This document shows positions 1 through 8,920 of a DNA stretch of 64,000 nucleotides, in pieces (position 1 is the stretch's first letter; each line of letters opens with the position of its first letter). The DNA comes from Candidatus Avelusimicrobium gallicola. GTDB lineage: Bacteria; Elusimicrobiota; Elusimicrobia; Elusimicrobiales; Elusimicrobiaceae. The stretch is taken from the NCBI GenBank assembly GCA_015062115.1, contig SUVG01000003.1, positions 97,672 to 161,671 of the forward strand. Reading direction: 5' to 3'. The position numbers and the translations under genes are program-made. Under the pieces are notes generated by a model. The model was not told where the DNA came from. It searched no databases and saw only the letters and a list, made by a program, of their open reading frames with translations.

Positions 1-1141
1 GGTTGGGGTAATCATGCGCGTATTTATATCCGCGGTTTTTCCCGCCGGAACGCAAATGCTCCGGTACCGGGCGGTAGCGCCCTTCGCGTACTTCTTGCAA
101 CGCGGCGTTAATGGCATTGTAAGCGGAGTTGCTTTTGGGGCAACACGCCACATAAATAGCGGCATGAGCCAAGGGGATACGCACTTCGGGCATTCCCAAT
201 TCTTCCGCGGCCTGAAAAGCCGCCTGTGCAATCATCAATGCGGCAGGTTCGGCAAGGCCCACATCTTCGCTTGCACAAATTAAAATGCGCCGTGCGATAA
301 AACGCGGATCTTCGCCGCTTTCCAACATGCGCGCCAACCAATAGACGGCGGCATCGGGGTCGGAACCGCGCATAGATTTGATGAAGGCGGAAATGACATC
401 GTAGTGTTCATCTCCTTTTTTGTCGTAATTAAGATGACGGCGTTGGATACACTCTTGCGCGATTGCCAAATCAATGTGTTTTTTTCCGTCTTTACCGGGT
501 TGCGTGGTTACAAAGGCCAATTCCGCGGCATTGAGCATTTTGCGGGAATCGCCGTTGGCCTGCGTGATGAAGTATTGTGCGGCATCTTCTTGCACAATGG
601 CATTTTCCTGCTCGGCGGCTCGGGTTAAAATTTTAAGAAGATCTTGGTTTCCCAAAGCCTTAAATTCAAACACGGAAAAACGCGACAAAAGCGCGGTGTT
701 AATATAATAATAAGGGTTTTCGGTTGTAATGCCGATTAAAATAATATCCCCTCTTTCCACAGACGGAAGGAGTACATCTTGTTGGGTTTTGTTAAAGTGG
801 TGAATTTCGTCCAAAATAACGAGGGTTTTTCGGGAATCAAAACTGGGGGTGAGGGCGCGTTCCTTGGCTTCGGCTAACACTTTTTTGATGTCCGCCACTC
901 CGGCCGCCGCCGCATTGAGTTCCACCGTATAAGACTGGGTGCGCGACGCAATATAACGCGCCGTGGCTGTTTTGCCACAACCGGGCGGGCCAAAGAAAAC
1001 GGCGGATTTAATCATATCCGCTTCCAACAAGCGCCGCAACATTTTGCCCGGCCCCAACAAATGCGGTTGGCCGGCAAAGTCTTCCAGTTTTTTAGGCGCT
1101 TGGCGGGCGGCCAAGGGTAAAGAGTTTTGTTCTTCTTGCAT
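1..1141 (-). CDS. rarA: Replication-associated recombination protein A (RarA/MgsA AAA+ ATPase), C-terminally truncated by the window edge
   Basis: Manual minus-strand translation from the ATG (CAT at 1139-1141) gives MQEEQNSLPLAARQAPKKLEDFAGQPHLLGPGKMLRRLLEADMIKSAVFFGPPGCGKTATARYIA...LVILDEIHHFNKTQQDVLLPSVERGDIILIGITTENP. It shows Walker A GPPGCGKT and Walker B ILDEIHHFNK. It is absent from the ORF track because it runs off the window. Confidence 0.85.
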   Translation of the reverse strand, partial: MQEEQNSLPLAARQAPKKLEDFAGQPHLLGPGKMLRRLLEADMIKSAVFFGPPGCGKTATARYIASRTQSYTVELNAAAAGVADIKKVLAEAKERALTPSFDSRKTLVILDEIHHFNKTQQDVLLPSVERGDIILIGITTENPYYYINTALLSRFSVFEFKALGNQDLLKILTRAAEQENAIVQEDAAQYFITQANGDSRKMLNAAELAFVTTQPGKDGKKHIDLAIAQECIQRRHLNYDKKGDEHYDVISAFIKSMRGSDPDAAVYWLARMLESGEDPRFIARRILICASEDVGLAEPAALMIAQAAFQAAEELGMPEVRIPLAHAAIYVACCPKSNSAYNAINAALQEVREGRYRPVPEHLRSGGKNRGYKYAHDYPN

Positions 1142-1143
1142 GG

Positions 1144-1440
1144 TTATTTTTGCGGGGTTTCCAACGAGGTTCGCAATTTGTGTATCAGTTCGTTTACGCG
1201 CGATTCCTCTTCCAACCGTTTCCCGCCGGCGTGTTGGTTTTGTAAGTATGCTTGCGCCGCAAAGTGAAGTGCGGTGATAAGCGCTTGTTTCAGGGTATCA
1301 ATTTCCCCTTCTTCACGCAGCGTCTTCATGTGGTTTTCCACCGTGGCGGCCAAGTCCGTCAATTCCACGACGCCCAAATCTTTGGCTTCCACTTCCAGTG
1401 TAATGCGGTTTATTTCTACTTGTACAATATCTTTTGCCAT
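1144..1440 (-). CDS. zapA: Cell division protein ZapA-like (98 aa)
   Basis: The size, the N-terminal VQVEINRITLEVE...beta region followed by a long helix, and the position next to pheST and rarA fit the ZapA family. The stop lies 2 nt from the rarA start. Confidence 0.55.
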   Translation of the reverse strand: MAKDIVQVEINRITLEVEAKDLGVVELTDLAATVENHMKTLREEGEIDTLKQALITALHFAAQAYLQNQHAGGKRLEEESRVNELIHKLRTSLETPQK

Positions 1441-1582
1441 ATAAGTATTGTATCTTTTTTGAGCCGTATTATGGGAAAAACCGAAAAACTCGTTTCATTT
1501 GGCAGATTTTTTGTTAAAAATAACCGAAAAATAAGGAAATTTCCCTATACGGAGTACTCCGGAAAATACTATAATAAACTAT

Positions 1583-2623
1583 ATGACTATCCAAGAATTT
1601 CAAACTGCCTGCACTGCTATCGAGCAGGAATATAAAGACAAAATTTCCCAAGCCGCCACTTTGGCCGAAGTAGAAGATTTGCGCGTGGCCGCTTTAGGAA
1701 GAAAAGGGGCCTTGACCGAACTGTTAAAAGGCCTGAAAGATTTTTCTATTGAAGAAAAGAAACAAGCCGGCCCGCTCGGCAATGCGTTGAAAGCCGCCCT
1801 TACGGCCGCTTTAGACGAAAAAACAGCCTTTTTTGCGGAAAAAGAAATCAACGAAGAACTTAACAAAACCGAAATTGATTTGACCCTCCCCGGCTATCCC
1901 GTGGCACAAGGCCACCGTCATCCTCTTTCCGTGGCGCAAGACCGCATGACCGATGTGCTGTCCCGCTTGGGTTTTGAGTGGGCAGAAGGCCCTTGGGTGG
2001 AAGACGAAAAGCATAACTTTGATTTGCTTAATATCCCGCTTCATCACCCGGCTCGCGATGCGCAAGATACTTTTTTTGTAGATGGCAAAATGCCGCTTGT
2101 ATTGCGCACGCATACTTCCAATGTGCAAAGCCGTTACATGGAAAAACATAAACCGCCGCTGCGCATTATGGCGCCCGGCCGCGTGTTTCGCAACGACAGT
2201 TTAGATGCTACCCACAGCCCCGTTTTTCACCAAATTGAAGGGTTATATGTGGATAAAAATGTCAGCATGGCCGATTTGAAGAGCGATTTGACGGCTTTTA
2301 TGAAAGGCTTATTCGGTAACAAAGCCGAAATCCGCTTCCGCCCTTCCTTCTTTCCGTTCACGGAACCGAGTGTAGAAGTAGATGTAAAATGTGTGTTCTG
2401 CCAAGGGAAAGGTTGTAATGTGTGTAAAGGCAGCGGTTGGATTGAAATGTTGGGCGCGGGGGTCGTTCACCCCAATGTGCTGCGCAACTGCGGCATTGAC
2501 CCCGAAGAATTCAGCGGATATGCTTTCGGTTTAGGAGTGGAACGCTTGGCGATGATGATGCTTAATATCAAAGATATTCGCACCTTCTACGAAAACGATC
2601 TGCGCGTATTAAAACAATTTTAA
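1583..2623 (+). CDS. pheS: Phenylalanine--tRNA ligase alpha subunit
   Basis: The 346-aa ORF shows class II aaRS motifs (FRNDSLDATHSPVFHQIEG, GFAFGLGVERLAMM) and is followed by pheT. Confidence 0.95.
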   Translation: MTIQEFQTACTAIEQEYKDKISQAATLAEVEDLRVAALGRKGALTELLKGLKDFSIEEKKQAGPLGNALKAALTAALDEKTAFFAEKEINEELNKTEIDLTLPGYPVAQGHRHPLSVAQDRMTDVLSRLGFEWAEGPWVEDEKHNFDLLNIPLHHPARDAQDTFFVDGKMPLVLRTHTSNVQSRYMEKHKPPLRIMAPGRVFRNDSLDATHSPVFHQIEGLYVDKNVSMADLKSDLTAFMKGLFGNKAEIRFRPSFFPFTEPSVEVDVKCVFCQGKGCNVCKGSGWIEMLGAGVVHPNVLRNCGIDPEEFSGYAFGLGVERLAMMMLNIKDIRTFYENDLRVLKQF

Positions 2624-2632
2624 GGAAAAAAG

Positions 2633-5017
2633 ATGAAAATACTTTACTCTTGGTTAAAAGATTTTATTGATTTGGACTTAACACCCGAAGAACTGGTTAA
2701 AAAACTGACGGATTTGGGCATTGAAGTGGCTTCTGTGGAAACCACCGGGGCCGATTTTGAAGGTGTCCATGTGGCGCAGATTATTCAAATCGACGACCAC
2801 CCCAATTCCGATCACTTGCACTTGGTTACCTTGGACTTGGGCGGCGGCAAAACGCAACGCGTTGTTTGCGGAGCCCCCAATGTGGCCGTCGGTCAAAAAG
2901 TTCCGCTTGCTCGCGTAGGGGCGCGGTTAGGCAAAGAAGTATTAAAGCCGGCGGTTATCCGCGGAGTAGAATCCGAAGGCATGATTTGTTCTTCCGATGA
3001 ACTCGGCCTTACACAAACCCGTGCTCGCGGTATTATGGTGTTGCCGGAAGAATTGGAATTGGGAACAGATGTTTCTTCCCTTTACGGCAAGCCGGACTCT
3101 TTATTTGATTTGGAAATTACCTCCAACCGCCCCGATTTGCTTTCCCATTTAGGTGTCGCCCGCGAATTGGGCGCTCTTCTTAACAAAGAAGTAAAACTTC
3201 CCGAAATTAAAGATATTGCGGGGGAAGGGAAATCGTTGGAAGTGGAAATTCAAAATCCGGAAGGGTGCCCCCGCTATATGGGGCGTATTATCCGCGGGGT
3301 AAAAAATGCGGAATCTCCCAAGTGGATGAAGACACGCTTGGCTGCTATGGGCCTAAACCCCAAAAATGCTTTAGTCGATATTACCAACTATGTTATGTTT
3401 GAACTCGGCAACCCGCTTCATGCTTTTGATTTGCGCGAAGTGGAAGGCGGTAAAGTGATTGTTCGCAACGCTCAAGAAGGCGAAAAATTTACCGTATTGG
3501 GCGGCCGCGAATTGGAACTTACTTCCAATTGCCTGATGATTGCCGACGGAAAAAAGGCCACCGCCTTGGCGGGTATTATGGGCGGTATGGACAGCGGAAT
3601 TAAAGAAGATACGCAAGATATTTTTATTGAAGCTGCGTATTTCAATGCTCCTTCCGTTAATAAAACCGTCAAAAAGTTTGCTATTTCTTCCGATTCTTCC
3701 CAACGCTTTGAGCGCGGAACGGATATTGAAGGGGCCGCTTTGGCTATGCGCCGCGCCAGTGAGTTGTTTGTGCAAATCTGCGGCGGGGTGGCCAGCGAAA
3801 TTAACGATGTTTATCCCACTAAATACGAAAACCCCGTCGTCACTTTTTCTCCGGCGGATATCAACCGCATTTTGGGAACCCAAATTCCGGCGGAACGCCT
3901 GCAGGAAATTTTTTCGCGTTTGGCATTGGACTTTAAGGCCGAAGGCGACGCTTGGACTTTCAAAGCTCCTACGCACCGCCGCGACCTGAACCACAAATGG
4001 GACTTGGCCGAAGAGGCCGCCCGTTTTGCCGGGTACGATATGATTCCCGTCAGCGAAACGAAAGCCCGTTTGCAATTTGCCGATAACCCGAAAGGGATTG
4101 ATTTGGGCAAACGCTTTGCGCGTTCGCTTATCGGCTTTGGTTTTTGTGAATGCAAAAATATCGATTTCGTAGGTGAAAAAGAAATCAAAGCGTTTGGTTT
4201 TGATCCTAAATTCTGTATCAAAATCAAAAACGCATTGGCTCAAGGTTGGGATTATTTGCGCCCCACGTTGCTTCCCTCTTTGCTTAAAAACGTAGAAAGC
4301 AACTTGCGCTTCGGGAATAGTAATTTAGCTTTGTTTGAAACCACCAAAACCTTCCAATCTATGAAAGGTTTCCCGGTGGAAAACTACACCGTATCCGGCG
4401 TACTTACGGGTACCTTGGAGCAGGAAAAATTCTTCGGCGCAAAAGAACGCCCGATGGATTTTTATTTACTTAAAGGCCTGATGCAAGGGCTCTTTGCGGA
4501 GACGGACGGTATTACGCTTGTGCCTTCCAAAACGGTTCCCGGTTATATGCACCCCAAAATTTGTATGGATATCCAACTGGCCGGCAAAACTATCGGCTTG
4601 TTTGGTAAACTTCACCCGTTAACCTTAAAGGCTTTCGGTATTAAAACCCAAGAAGTATGGGGCTTTGAATTTGCCACCAAGCAAATTGAAAGAGGCTACT
4701 GCGCCACGGACTTCAAACCGGCCAAAGATTTAGCGGTCTTTCCGCCGTCTTTGCGTGATTTATCCGTTGTTCTCGATAAAGGCATTACCTACGCGCAAAT
4801 TACTTCCGCGTTAGATAAAACCCCTTTAGATGTGGAACTTTCTTACCGTTTGATAGACCTTTACCAAGGTGACCATTTGCCGGAAGGGAAAAAGAGCGTT
4901 ACTTTTAGTTTGGCCTTTTCCAATCCGTCCCACACCTTGAAAGATAAAGAAACGGAAGAAGCATTTAGCCGTATTGTAGAACAATTGCGCACCCAAGTAG
5001 GGGCCGAACTGAGATAA
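2633..5017 (+). CDS. pheT: Phenylalanine--tRNA ligase beta subunit
   Basis: The 794-aa ORF starts MKILYSWLKDFIDL, has a tRNA-binding domain (HPNSDHLHLVTLDLG) and B3/4 and B5 regions, and lies 10 nt after pheS. Confidence 0.95.
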   Translation: MKILYSWLKDFIDLDLTPEELVKKLTDLGIEVASVETTGADFEGVHVAQIIQIDDHPNSDHLHLVTLDLGGGKTQRVVCGAPNVAVGQKVPLARVGARLGKEVLKPAVIRGVESEGMICSSDELGLTQTRARGIMVLPEELELGTDVSSLYGKPDSLFDLEITSNRPDLLSHLGVARELGALLNKEVKLPEIKDIAGEGKSLEVEIQNPEGCPRYMGRIIRGVKNAESPKWMKTRLAAMGLNPKNALVDITNYVMFELGNPLHAFDLREVEGGKVIVRNAQEGEKFTVLGGRELELTSNCLMIADGKKATALAGIMGGMDSGIKEDTQDIFIEAAYFNAPSVNKTVKKFAISSDSSQRFERGTDIEGAALAMRRASELFVQICGGVASEINDVYPTKYENPVVTFSPADINRILGTQIPAERLQEIFSRLALDFKAEGDAWTFKAPTHRRDLNHKWDLAEEAARFAGYDMIPVSETKARLQFADNPKGIDLGKRFARSLIGFGFCECKNIDFVGEKEIKAFGFDPKFCIKIKNALAQGWDYLRPTLLPSLLKNVESNLRFGNSNLALFETTKTFQSMKGFPVENYTVSGVLTGTLEQEKFFGAKERPMDFYLLKGLMQGLFAETDGITLVPSKTVPGYMHPKICMDIQLAGKTIGLFGKLHPLTLKAFGIKTQEVWGFEFATKQIERGYCATDFKPAKDLAVFPPSLRDLSVVLDKGITYAQITSALDKTPLDVELSYRLIDLYQGDHLPEGKKSVTFSLAFSNPSHTLKDKETEEAFSRIVEQLRTQVGAELR

Positions 5018-5277
5018 TGCAAGAAAAATTAAAACAACTGGAACTTTTGGTGATGCAATCCCTCGCCCGGCAGAAAGACCTGCAGGGCGAGAATGCGTCG
5101 TTGAAGGCGCGCCTTAGAAATTTGGAAAACGGCGTGGATAAATTAAAAGAAACAGAAGCGGAACTGCGCGAGATAAAAGAGTGGAAGAAAAATGCGCAGG
5201 CGGTGCTTCGCCGTTTGTCGGGCCGGTTGGAAAAAGAAATTGCAAAAGCGCAGGAAGAAGAAAAGAAAATTGTTTAA
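5017..5277 (+). CDS. Small coiled-coil protein (ZapB-like, 86 aa), function unproven
   Basis: The sequence is heptad-rich and charged (KLKQLELLV...LKARLRNLENGVDKLKETEAELREIKEWKK). Its ATG overlaps the pheT stop (TAATG), and a terminator follows. Confidence 0.45.
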   Translation: MQEKLKQLELLVMQSLARQKDLQGENASLKARLRNLENGVDKLKETEAELREIKEWKKNAQAVLRRLSGRLEKEIAKAQEEEKKIV

Positions 5278-5301
5278 TCAAATTTCTGTTTCCTTTATTG
5301 A

Positions 5302-5324
5302 ACACGGCCTTCGGCCGTGTTTTG
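5302..5324 (+). terminator. Rho-independent terminator
   Basis: Hairpin ACACGGCC-TTCG-GGCCGTGT followed by TTT. Confidence 0.7.
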
Positions 5325-5341
5325 TATGGAAAAAAGGATAG

Positions 5342-5370
5342 TTGAAAAAGGGAATATTCCCCATTAAACT
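5342..5370 (+). promoter_or_regulatory. Sigma70-like promoter for the pilin-like gene
   Basis: TTGAAA (5342-5347), a 17-nt spacer, then TAAACT (5365-5370), about 40 nt upstream of the ATG. Confidence 0.4.
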
Positions 5371-5408
5371 ATCTAAGAAGGAAATGCTTCGCGTTTCAGG
5401 AGAAAAAT

Positions 5409-5900
5409 ATGAATAAAGGGTTTACTCTTATTGAGTTATTGGTAGTCGTGCTTATTATCGGGATATTGTCGTCAGTTGCTTTGCCGCAATATACCATGGC
5501 GGTGGAAAAAGCCCGTGCAACCGAAGTGTTTACCGTGGTGGCGGCCATGCGCAAAAATTACGAAATGTGCAATTATATGGGTGAATGTACCCAGGAAATG
5601 TACTTTGGAGACTGCGGTATGAAACCGAAGAGTGTAACGGGAAACGATAGTGATTATAACACCTTGGTCGGCAATAATTTCCAATTCGCCGCAACTCCGT
5701 TTGGTTTTGCCGCATTTTGGGATAAAAAAGTTTCCGATGTAAACTCTGCCGATTATATGTTTGCTTGGATGCCCCGAGGCGGTAGTAACGAAATAGACCA
5801 ACTTATCTGCACGAGTAATACCGATAAAGGGAAGAAGTTTTGTAAATCTCTTTGTGGTTATGAACAGTGCGATGTGGATCGTAAAACAAAATATGATTAA
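5409..5900 (+). CDS. Type IV pilin-like protein (prepilin-type N-terminal cleavage/methylation domain)
   Basis: The N-terminus is MNKG/FTLIELLVVVLIIGILSSVALPQYTMAVEKARA, with G-1, F+1 and E+5. The C-terminal domain is Cys-containing and variable. Confidence 0.85.
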   Translation: MNKGFTLIELLVVVLIIGILSSVALPQYTMAVEKARATEVFTVVAAMRKNYEMCNYMGECTQEMYFGDCGMKPKSVTGNDSDYNTLVGNNFQFAATPFGFAAFWDKKVSDVNSADYMFAWMPRGGSNEIDQLICTSNTDKGKKFCKSLCGYEQCDVDRKTKYD

Positions 5901-5904
5901 AATT

Positions 5905-5935
5905 AAAAACCCCTTGGAAAACCAAGGGGTTTTTT
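5905..5935. terminator. Bidirectional rho-independent terminator (pilin gene / murC)
   Basis: An A-run, then CCCCTTGG-AAAA-CCAAGGGG, then a T-run. Confidence 0.8.
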
Positions 5936-5949
5936 CTATGTAAACTTTC

Positions 5950-7365
5950 TTACTTTTGATAACCCATACAGCAATTTCCCAACATACAATTTTTGCAATT
6001 GTAACTTTCGTGGTTTTCTTTTAAGGTCGCCAGCAGTTTGCGGGCAAAGTCCGTAAGGGTCGGGTCGCGTGCACCGAGAACCAGCAAGATGTCCCCCGGT
6101 TGGGCGGCTGCCGCCATTTGTGCCAATAATTTTTCGCGGCAATTATCGTAACTGACGGGAACGCCTCTTCCTTTTAACTTTTCATATACCGTTCGGCAAG
6201 AAACGCCCTCGGGGATTGTTCCTCCGGGGTAATATACTTCGGTCAGCCACAAATGGTCGTTCGGGCCGATATGTTTGGCAAAACTTTCCACAAATTCATT
6301 GGTCAACAGTTTGATAGAAGCAAACGCGTGCGGCTGGTAAAAAGCCAACACTCTTTTACCGCGCAGATGCGCGGCTTCAATGGTGGCACCCAGTTTGTGC
6401 GGATTGTGGGCAAAATCGTCGATTACTTCGATTTTATCGTAACTGCCGATGCTGGCAAATCTGCGGGCGATGCCTTGGAATTTATGCAACGCTTTGGCGC
6501 AGGTTTCTAAATCTACACCCAAGTGTAAAGCGGCGGCCACGGCGGCGGTAGCATTGGCTACATTGTGCACGCCCGGTACTTGTAAACGGAAGGGTTGGCC
6601 TTTAATGGTAAAGTCCGAACCGAAACCGTCCACTTTAATTTCGCTGGGGTGGATATCCCCCAAGGAAAGCCCAAAGGTTTGGGCATTGGGAGCAATAGAG
6701 CGGAGGTTTTCTTCTTCCGCATTTACCACGGCTGTTTGGCAGTGGGAAACAAACTCCTTAAAATATCCCTGTAAAATATCAATTTCTTTATGATCTTTCT
6801 GCAGGTTGAGGCATACGCCCAAATGCGGGTGATAGTTGACGATAGAGCCGTCGCTTTCGTCGGCTTCGATTACCAGAATATCAGAATTGCCTTTATACAC
6901 ATTTCCAAAAACACCTTGTTCGTTTTGCAGGGATAAAATAGCGGCTCCCGTGATGACGGAGGGGCTGAGCCCCGCAAAGGCCAAGATGTCGTACACCATG
7001 GCAGTGGTGGTACTTTTCCCGCTCGTGCCGGATACGGCCACCGTGCGGTGTTCGGCCACATGCTTGGCCAATAATTCCGAGCGGTGCAAAGTGGGGATTC
7101 CCAGTTCTTTTGCCTTCAAAAGTTCGGGGTTATCCTGTTCGATAGCGGAAGACAAAATGACCAAATCGGTTTTTTCGTCAATGCCGCTTCCGTCTTGCGG
7201 GAAGAGTTTGATATTTAATTTTTTAAGATAATCCCAAAGGGCCATATCCGTGTACCCTTTGCTGATTAACCGGTCGGAGCCGGTTACTTCGTCTTTTCCC
7301 ATGGCGTGCAGTTGCGCAAGGGCGCTCATGCCCACGCCGCCGATTCCAATAAAATGAATTTTCAT
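5950..7365 (-). CDS. murC: UDP-N-acetylmuramate--L-alanine ligase (MurC-type Mur ligase)
   Basis: Shows IHFIGIGGVGMSALAQ, a P-loop GTSGKSTTTAM, IEADESDGS and FQGIARRF, collinear with MurC. It also has an unusual Cys-rich tail, YNCKNCMLGNCCMGYQK. Confidence 0.7.
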   Translation of the reverse strand: MKIHFIGIGGVGMSALAQLHAMGKDEVTGSDRLISKGYTDMALWDYLKKLNIKLFPQDGSGIDEKTDLVILSSAIEQDNPELLKAKELGIPTLHRSELLAKHVAEHRTVAVSGTSGKSTTTAMVYDILAFAGLSPSVITGAAILSLQNEQGVFGNVYKGNSDILVIEADESDGSIVNYHPHLGVCLNLQKDHKEIDILQGYFKEFVSHCQTAVVNAEEENLRSIAPNAQTFGLSLGDIHPSEIKVDGFGSDFTIKGQPFRLQVPGVHNVANATAAVAAALHLGVDLETCAKALHKFQGIARRFASIGSYDKIEVIDDFAHNPHKLGATIEAAHLRGKRVLAFYQPHAFASIKLLTNEFVESFAKHIGPNDHLWLTEVYYPGGTIPEGVSCRTVYEKLKGRGVPVSYDNCREKLLAQMAAAAQPGDILLVLGARDPTLTDFARKLLATLKENHESYNCKNCMLGNCCMGYQK

Positions 7366-8036
7366 TTTTTACTTTCCTTCAATCTAAATTTTGCATAGTC
7401 CGACATGGTGTAAAAACCCTTTTCGCATTTCATCAGCCAACAAGCGATATGTAAGGCCGATTGGGCAAACAAATCGCGGTTTGTGGCTTTGTGCGTAAGG
7501 GTAATTTCATCAAAAGGGGAGGTATACTGCGCCGTATGTGTGCCCACCGTTTCGCCGATGCGTTCATAAGTTACTTGTTCAAACGGAACATTAACGGCTT
7601 CAGCGATTTTTTTAGCAGTACCGCTGGGAGCATCTTTTTTGTGGATATGATGAATTTCGTGTAAATGCAAATCATATCCGGGGTACATACGCGCAGCCTG
7701 TTTTACAAGTTCTGTAAAAAAATACACGCTTAAACTGACATTGGGCGCAAAAAACACCGGTATTTTTTCTTCCTGTTGCATTTGAAATAAAAAAGTTTCC
7801 GGCAGGTTGGTCGTGCCCGTTAAAAACGGTTTGTGACGGTGTTTTGCCAAGGCAAAAGCCTCTTGCGCTCCCTGCGGGGTGGAAAAATCGATAATTACAT
7901 CAAAATCTTCTTTTACGCTTTCTCCTGTTTCGCGGGTTGCGGCTACCTCAAGCCCCAATTCCGGCTGGGCCTTAATCAAACGAATCAAGGCTTGGCCCAT
8001 TTTCCCGTTAGCACCGTTGATGAGTACTTTTTTCAT
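7362..8036 (-). CDS. dapB: 4-hydroxy-tetrahydrodipicolinate reductase
   Basis: Shows NGANGKMG (a NAD(P) motif) and HEIHHIHKKDAPSGTAKK (the DapB signature). It overlaps murC by 4 nt. Confidence 0.9.
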   Translation of the reverse strand: MKKVLINGANGKMGQALIRLIKAQPELGLEVAATRETGESVKEDFDVIIDFSTPQGAQEAFALAKHRHKPFLTGTTNLPETFLFQMQQEEKIPVFFAPNVSLSVYFFTELVKQAARMYPGYDLHLHEIHHIHKKDAPSGTAKKIAEAVNVPFEQVTYERIGETVGTHTAQYTSPFDEITLTHKATNRDLFAQSALHIACWLMKCEKGFYTMSDYAKFRLKESKK

Positions 8037-8911
8037 ACAAACTTCTCCAACAAGAGTTCTACAATTTGCCGTCCGTTCATAGCGGCACCTTTTAATAAGT
8101 TATCAAATGTAACGAAATAGTGAATCACATTGGGTTCTTCCACATCTTGGCGCAGGCGGCAAATATAGGTTTCTTCCCGGCCGCTTACTTCTTTGGGGGT
8201 GATGACTTTTTCGCTGTATTTCAAATTAGGAAAACGATTCCATAATTGTTTGACTTGTTCCAAATCAAAGGCTTCTTTTGCTTTTAAGGTAACGCCCAAA
8301 GAGTGGCTGTTTTCCACGCCCACTCTTACGGTATGGCAGTATACTTTTATATCGGGAAGTTCCATGATTTTACGCGTTTCGTACAAACCTTTAAGGTCTT
8401 CGGCCGTATGTCCGTTTTCTAACAAAGAGCCGATAAGCGGCACGCAGTTTTTTTCGTAATAAGAGCCGGGGGTGTGGAAATCGTCCAACAATTTTTTCCC
8501 GCCGCCGCTGATGGCCTGATAGGAGCAGAAAAATGCTTCCGTAAAATGATAAAAAGGTTTCAAAGGCGCCAAGCTCATCACAAGCCCGGTGGTAGTGCAG
8601 TTCGGGCTGGCAATAAGAGGGGTCTTTTGCGTAATGGCATGCGGGTTGATTTCCGGGATAACGAGCGGTACTCCCTCTGTCATGCGGAACTCGGAAGACA
8701 TATCCACCATAAATTTTACGCGGTCTTTAATTTTCGGTGCCAATTCGCGGCTAACCGGGTTATCTGTGCACAAAACGGCAATATCAAGCGGAGTGATTTC
8801 GTCGTTTCTTCCGAAAGTTTTAATTTCAAAAGGGGTTTTGATTTTTTTGAGTTCGGACAGCATATTCTGCCCGACCATTCCGTTAATACCAATAATTCCT
8901 ACGGTTTTCAT
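8033..8911 (-). CDS. asd: Aspartate-semialdehyde dehydrogenase (short form, 292 aa)
   Basis: Shows GINGMVGQ, the active site SPNCTTTG, SYQAISGGG and DNLLKGAA. It overlaps dapB by 4 nt. Confidence 0.8.
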   Translation of the reverse strand: MKTVGIIGINGMVGQNMLSELKKIKTPFEIKTFGRNDEITPLDIAVLCTDNPVSRELAPKIKDRVKFMVDMSSEFRMTEGVPLVIPEINPHAITQKTPLIASPNCTTTGLVMSLAPLKPFYHFTEAFFCSYQAISGGGKKLLDDFHTPGSYYEKNCVPLIGSLLENGHTAEDLKGLYETRKIMELPDIKVYCHTVRVGVENSHSLGVTLKAKEAFDLEQVKQLWNRFPNLKYSEKVITPKEVSGREETYICRLRQDVEEPNVIHYFVTFDNLLKGAAMNGRQIVELLLEKFV

Positions 8912-8920
8912 AATGTATCC

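Noticed and set aside
3371-4243. A 290-aa ORF antisense to pheT, with other long antisense ORFs at 3811-4227 and 3540-3989.
   Set aside because: It lies entirely inside the well-supported pheT frame. The sequence is low-complexity and Phe/Arg/Lys-rich with no motifs or SD. This is typical of open antisense frames in a codon-biased gene.
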